DNA from: the human T2T-CHM13v2.0 reference genome, Homo sapiens
NCBI RefSeq assembly: GCF_009914755.1
Contig: NC_060929.1
Reading direction: 5' to 3' (one strand)
Length of the DNA stretch: 64,000 nucleotides
This document shows positions 59,425-64,000 of the stretch, one piece after another. How positions within the stretch are numbered: the stretch's first letter is position 1; each line of letters begins with the position of its first letter. A program made the position numbers and the translations under genes. Below the pieces are notes generated by a model. It saw only the letters and a list, made by a program, of their open reading frames with translations. It was not told the DNA's origin and did no database searches.

Positions 59425-59925
59425 GCTGTTAGACTGCCAGATATCACATAGGTTCTGCCAATTACATGCACCCACATGAGATTTGGAAGGTGAAGTGAAT
59501 TTCATAAGTTAAAGCTACCATTCTGCTGTTTTGGCTGTTTCTGCTGCAGACTCAGTTTGGAGGAATTGGAATTATCTCTAGCAGCTGTGGCAAAGATCTA
59601 GTATCTGATATTGAGTTCTGTGGCAGTCCAGAGTCAGGTTGGGACATCATCTTGTTGGTACGAATTGTGCTAGAGATTGTGTGGTACTGGAGCTGGGAGT
59701 GACAGTGAAGTTTTCCTTGAATTGCCAAGCAGCTCTTGGTGCTTATGGTAAGGGCACAAGTTCTTTTGTCCTAGTTTTGCAGTGTGACTTTAGGGGTAGT
59801 TCGTGGAAGCTCAAATTAGAGCCTATTTCATCAGCCTTCCCAACAGTAGTGTGAGACATTTTGTAACAAATAATACACTTTTTTTCTGACCAAACTTGCT
59901 AGAGTGGATTAAGTTCTCTACAGTA
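59425..59925 (+). mobile_element. Old ERVL-class LTR (LTR33/LTR41-like)
   Basis: 'ggttctgccaat...gagatttggaagg' and 'aaacttgctagagtggatt' resemble ERVL LTRs. Confidence 0.4.
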
Positions 59926-60277
59926 GGTAACCTGATTTTTTTTCTCTCAGAAAAGTTTTAGTACATTTCCTCTTTGTGTTTTAAAATTTTGCAACAATTT
60001 GTTCTAAATGTGTTTCTTTTCTTTTCTTCTTTCTTTCTTTTTCTTTTTTTTTGACTCATGTGCTAAGCATTGGGTAAATCCTATTCTGTATAAATACTTA
60101 AATCTTTGAGCCCAGGGAAATTTTCTTGTATTATTACGTTGATAATTTCCTCCATTCTCTTTTCTTTCCTCTCCAGATATCTTCCAATTGTTTTCTCTCA
60201 CGCTTTCATCTTCTTTTTGTTCAAATTTCTTGGAGAATTCTTAAACTTTATATTTTATTACTTGTATTGAATTTTTC

Positions 60278-60580
60278 TTTTTCTTTTTTTTTTTTTTTGA
60301 GATGGAGTCTCACTCTGTTGCCCAAGCTGGAGTGCAGTGGTGCGATCTCGGCTCACTGCAACCTGTGCTTTCGGGGCTCAAGTGATTCTCATGCCTCAGC
60401 CTTCTGAATAGCTGGGATTGCAGGCGCATGCCACCAAGCCCAACTAATATTTTGTATTTTAGTAGAGACAGGATTTCACCATGTTACCTAAGGTGGTCTC
60501 GAACTCCTGAGCTCAGGTGATCTGCCTGCCTTGGCTTCCCAAAGTGCTAGGATTACAGGCATGAGCCACCGCACCTGGCC
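60278..60580 (-). mobile_element. AluS (plus a short 3' Alu fragment at 60690-60758)
   Basis: Reverse dimer. Confidence 0.88.
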
Positions 60581-60980
60581 AGAATTTTTCAACCATCGTT
60601 TTTTTAATTCCTATGATTTCTTTTTCATGCCATATTCCTGTTATATTATGGATATAATCTTTTCTTGAATTTCTCTAAAGATCCTGTTTTTTTTTGTTGT
60701 TGTTGTTTGTTTTTTTTGAGACACAGTCTCACTCTGTCGCCCAGGCTGGAGTGCAGTACAGATTCTAATTAGAGATTTTTTTTTTTTTCCCTTTGCTAAG
60801 ATTCCTTCTGTTCCTTGAACTATGTTGGTTTCTTTCGGTGTCATTTACAGCATTTTTAAATTTTAATATTTCTCTTTCTTATTGCAAGCTTTCTTCAAAT
60901 ATATGATAATCCTTCATTTGTGTTCTTATTTGAATAATAAATTAATTGGAAGGTCCATGAATATGTGTGGGACTTGCTGA

Positions 60981-61430
<450 letters not shown>

Positions 61431-61511
61431 TAGAGAAGAAAAACACCTTTAACTTCTCTGTATGGCAGAATAGACACTTAGCTGTTGTATTTTTCTACGT
61501 GGAATTTCATA

Positions 61512-61845
61512 TAGAGCTATTTTCCAATATAGTAGCCACTAGCCACATACGGCTATTGAGCACTTGAAACATGGCTAGGCTAGTCTTAATTCAGATGCAA
61601 GGAAGTATAAAATACACACCATATTTTGAGGATTTAGTGTGCTCTCTCTCTCTCTCTCTCTATATATGTATATATAATATCATTGACAATTTTATATTGC
61701 TTACATATTGAAATATTTGTGTCTTATATGTTAGTTAAATAAAATATATTAAAAATTATTTCACCTGTTTCTTTTTACTTTTTAAAACTGGGTTACCAGA
61801 AAATTTAAACTTATGTATGTGACTTACAGTATCTATTGCTCAGTT
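61512..61845. mobile_element. MER33-like hAT fossil
   Basis: 'tccaatatagtagccactagccacat...attgagcacttgaaa...aagtataaaatacacacc...tttcacctgtttctttttac'. Confidence 0.75.
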
Positions 61846-62404
61846 TGATTAAATCTTTGAATGATCTCTGTGTACAGTTCTGTATCTTACTTCTGCCTTT
61901 TGTAGTGCTAATACCTAGCTTTCTGAAATCCTGACTATCTCTAGTGTCCTTTAAGTTTGCCACTTTCCCATCTCAGCTATAACTCTTTCTAAGAATCCTT
62001 GAGTTTTTAAGTTTTTCTGCCTGGCCCTATCAGTTATAGTCCTCCATTTGAATTGTTTTCTTAAAATTTCTTGAAGTCTCTCATGTGCTGATATTCTTCT
62101 TCCCATTATGTTTGTTACTTAGGGTTTATGCTTTTAAATTTTTGAAATATTATTTTAATGTAGATTCAGGAGGAAGAAGAGATAACATGCTGTCTTGTAC
62201 ACACTCTTTGATTTGTAGATTATTTAAGCCTAGAGGACTTTCTCTAGGCTGTATGTCCAGGTATGTCGTTAGCACTACCTAGCACAGAGCACTGTGTGAA
62301 CAGAAAAGATTCATTTAACTTCTAATGAATCTCACACTTGTATGAGGAAGAGACTGTAAAATCAAATTGACAGTGATGAATTCTACTTGCTTATGATGGG
62401 AACA

Positions 62405-62940
62405 GTATCCTTTAGGGTTGTAATTAAACAAAACCAGCTGATTAAATAAGAAAAGGAAATTATTGAAAAAATATTAGGTAGCTTCCAGAAGACTGAAAAA
62501 TCAGACTTGGGAGACTTACAGGAACAGAGGGAGGCTGGGTACCTAGACTCCTAGCTTGAGGCCAGCTGCCTAACGAGGCTGGTGAGGACACTGCTGCCAT
62601 TCCACTGAGCACGGCTGACACAGCCTGCACCAATGCAGGATGGTGCTTCTGGCAACTCTGCCACTCAAAACTGGCTGCTGCTTCTGCCAAAACAGTCTTC
62701 CCTGACCATGCTTCCTTACACCACTAGCTTTTGAGTAAAAGTCCTTGGAGGGGTGTCTGATTACTCGAGCCTAAATCATGTGCCAGTGGAGGGTAGGAGA
62801 GCATATAGTTGACATTTTCTGCTACTATACAGTAATGGGAAGTTCTGCTTCCCCTTAAGATTTGTATGGTAGGGAATTCCTCAAACAGGAAAGAAGTTCA
62901 GAATCCAGGAAGGCAACAGGAATGACAAGTGTCCATGGCA
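62405..62940 (-). mobile_element. Old MLT1-type LTR
   Basis: Degenerate motifs 'ctgatt...gagcctaaatcatgtgcc'. Confidence 0.4.
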
Positions 62941-63009
62941 GGGCATGTAGCCAATATCAGAACAAACAATCAGCATAACTCTTAAAAATATGAATGTTTA
63001 GTACCTTTA

Positions 63010-63395
<386 letters not shown>

Positions 63396-63609
63396 TCAGC
63401 TGTTAGTGAAAAGACAAATTCTGAAGAATTTGAAGGAAGAATCAATATTGATTGGTCCAGCTTTTTACTCAATGCAGAAATCCTTTCCCAAGGTCTATTC
63501 AACACAGCAATATTTGGGGAGCTTATTGAGATAAGGTTTTATTCCATCTCTGAACTGTTAGAAGTAGAATGTTAGAAATTTCTTACTTAGGTAAGATAAA
63601 ATCTTCCCC

Positions 63610-63819
<210 letters not shown>

Positions 63820-63875
63820 TAGATCTGATGGCTCTAGTTATTCAGAATAGAATATAGTAGTTAAAAGTTTTGTGT

Positions 63876-64000
63876 GGCTGGGCACGGTGGCTCACACCTG
63901 TAATCCAGCACTTTGGGAGGCCGAGGCAGGTGGATCACCTGAGGTCAGGAGTTTGAGACCAGCCTGGCCAACACAGTGAAACCCCATTTCTACTAAAAAT
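63876..64000 (+). mobile_element. Alu left arm (runs off the window)
   Basis: ggctgggcacggtggctcac...ctactaaaaat. Confidence 0.88.

Overview
Human (primate) genomic DNA containing the 5' two-thirds of PJA2 (Praja-2 RING-H2 E3 ubiquitin ligase, a PKA-R-binding protein) on the minus strand. It has non-coding exon 1 in a CpG-island promoter (~50.5 kb) and coding exons 2-6 (24020-24137, 22120-22320, 18820-19870, 9180-9365, 3466-3648). I spliced these by hand with canonical GT-AG and consistent phases into codons 1-551; the RING exons lie beyond the left edge. The rest is repeat-dense intron and upstream DNA: ~35 Alus (one AluYa5), old and young L1s, L2/MIR, DNA-transposon fossils, several MaLR solo LTRs and a complete THE1 provirus with its TSD. 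I do not see a new biological system. The best leads are the weak-versus-strong ATG arrangement, whose second ATG matches the start of paralog PJA1; a 5'UTR CCG/GGC repeat with an antisense ATG-polyGly frame and a + strand splice donor; a CRE-like site in the promoter of a PKA regulator; a possibly polymorphic AluYa5; and several unusual retrotransposition scars. Repeat subfamily names and protein/variant identities are from memory and need database confirmation; repeat boundaries are approximate unless TSDs are given.
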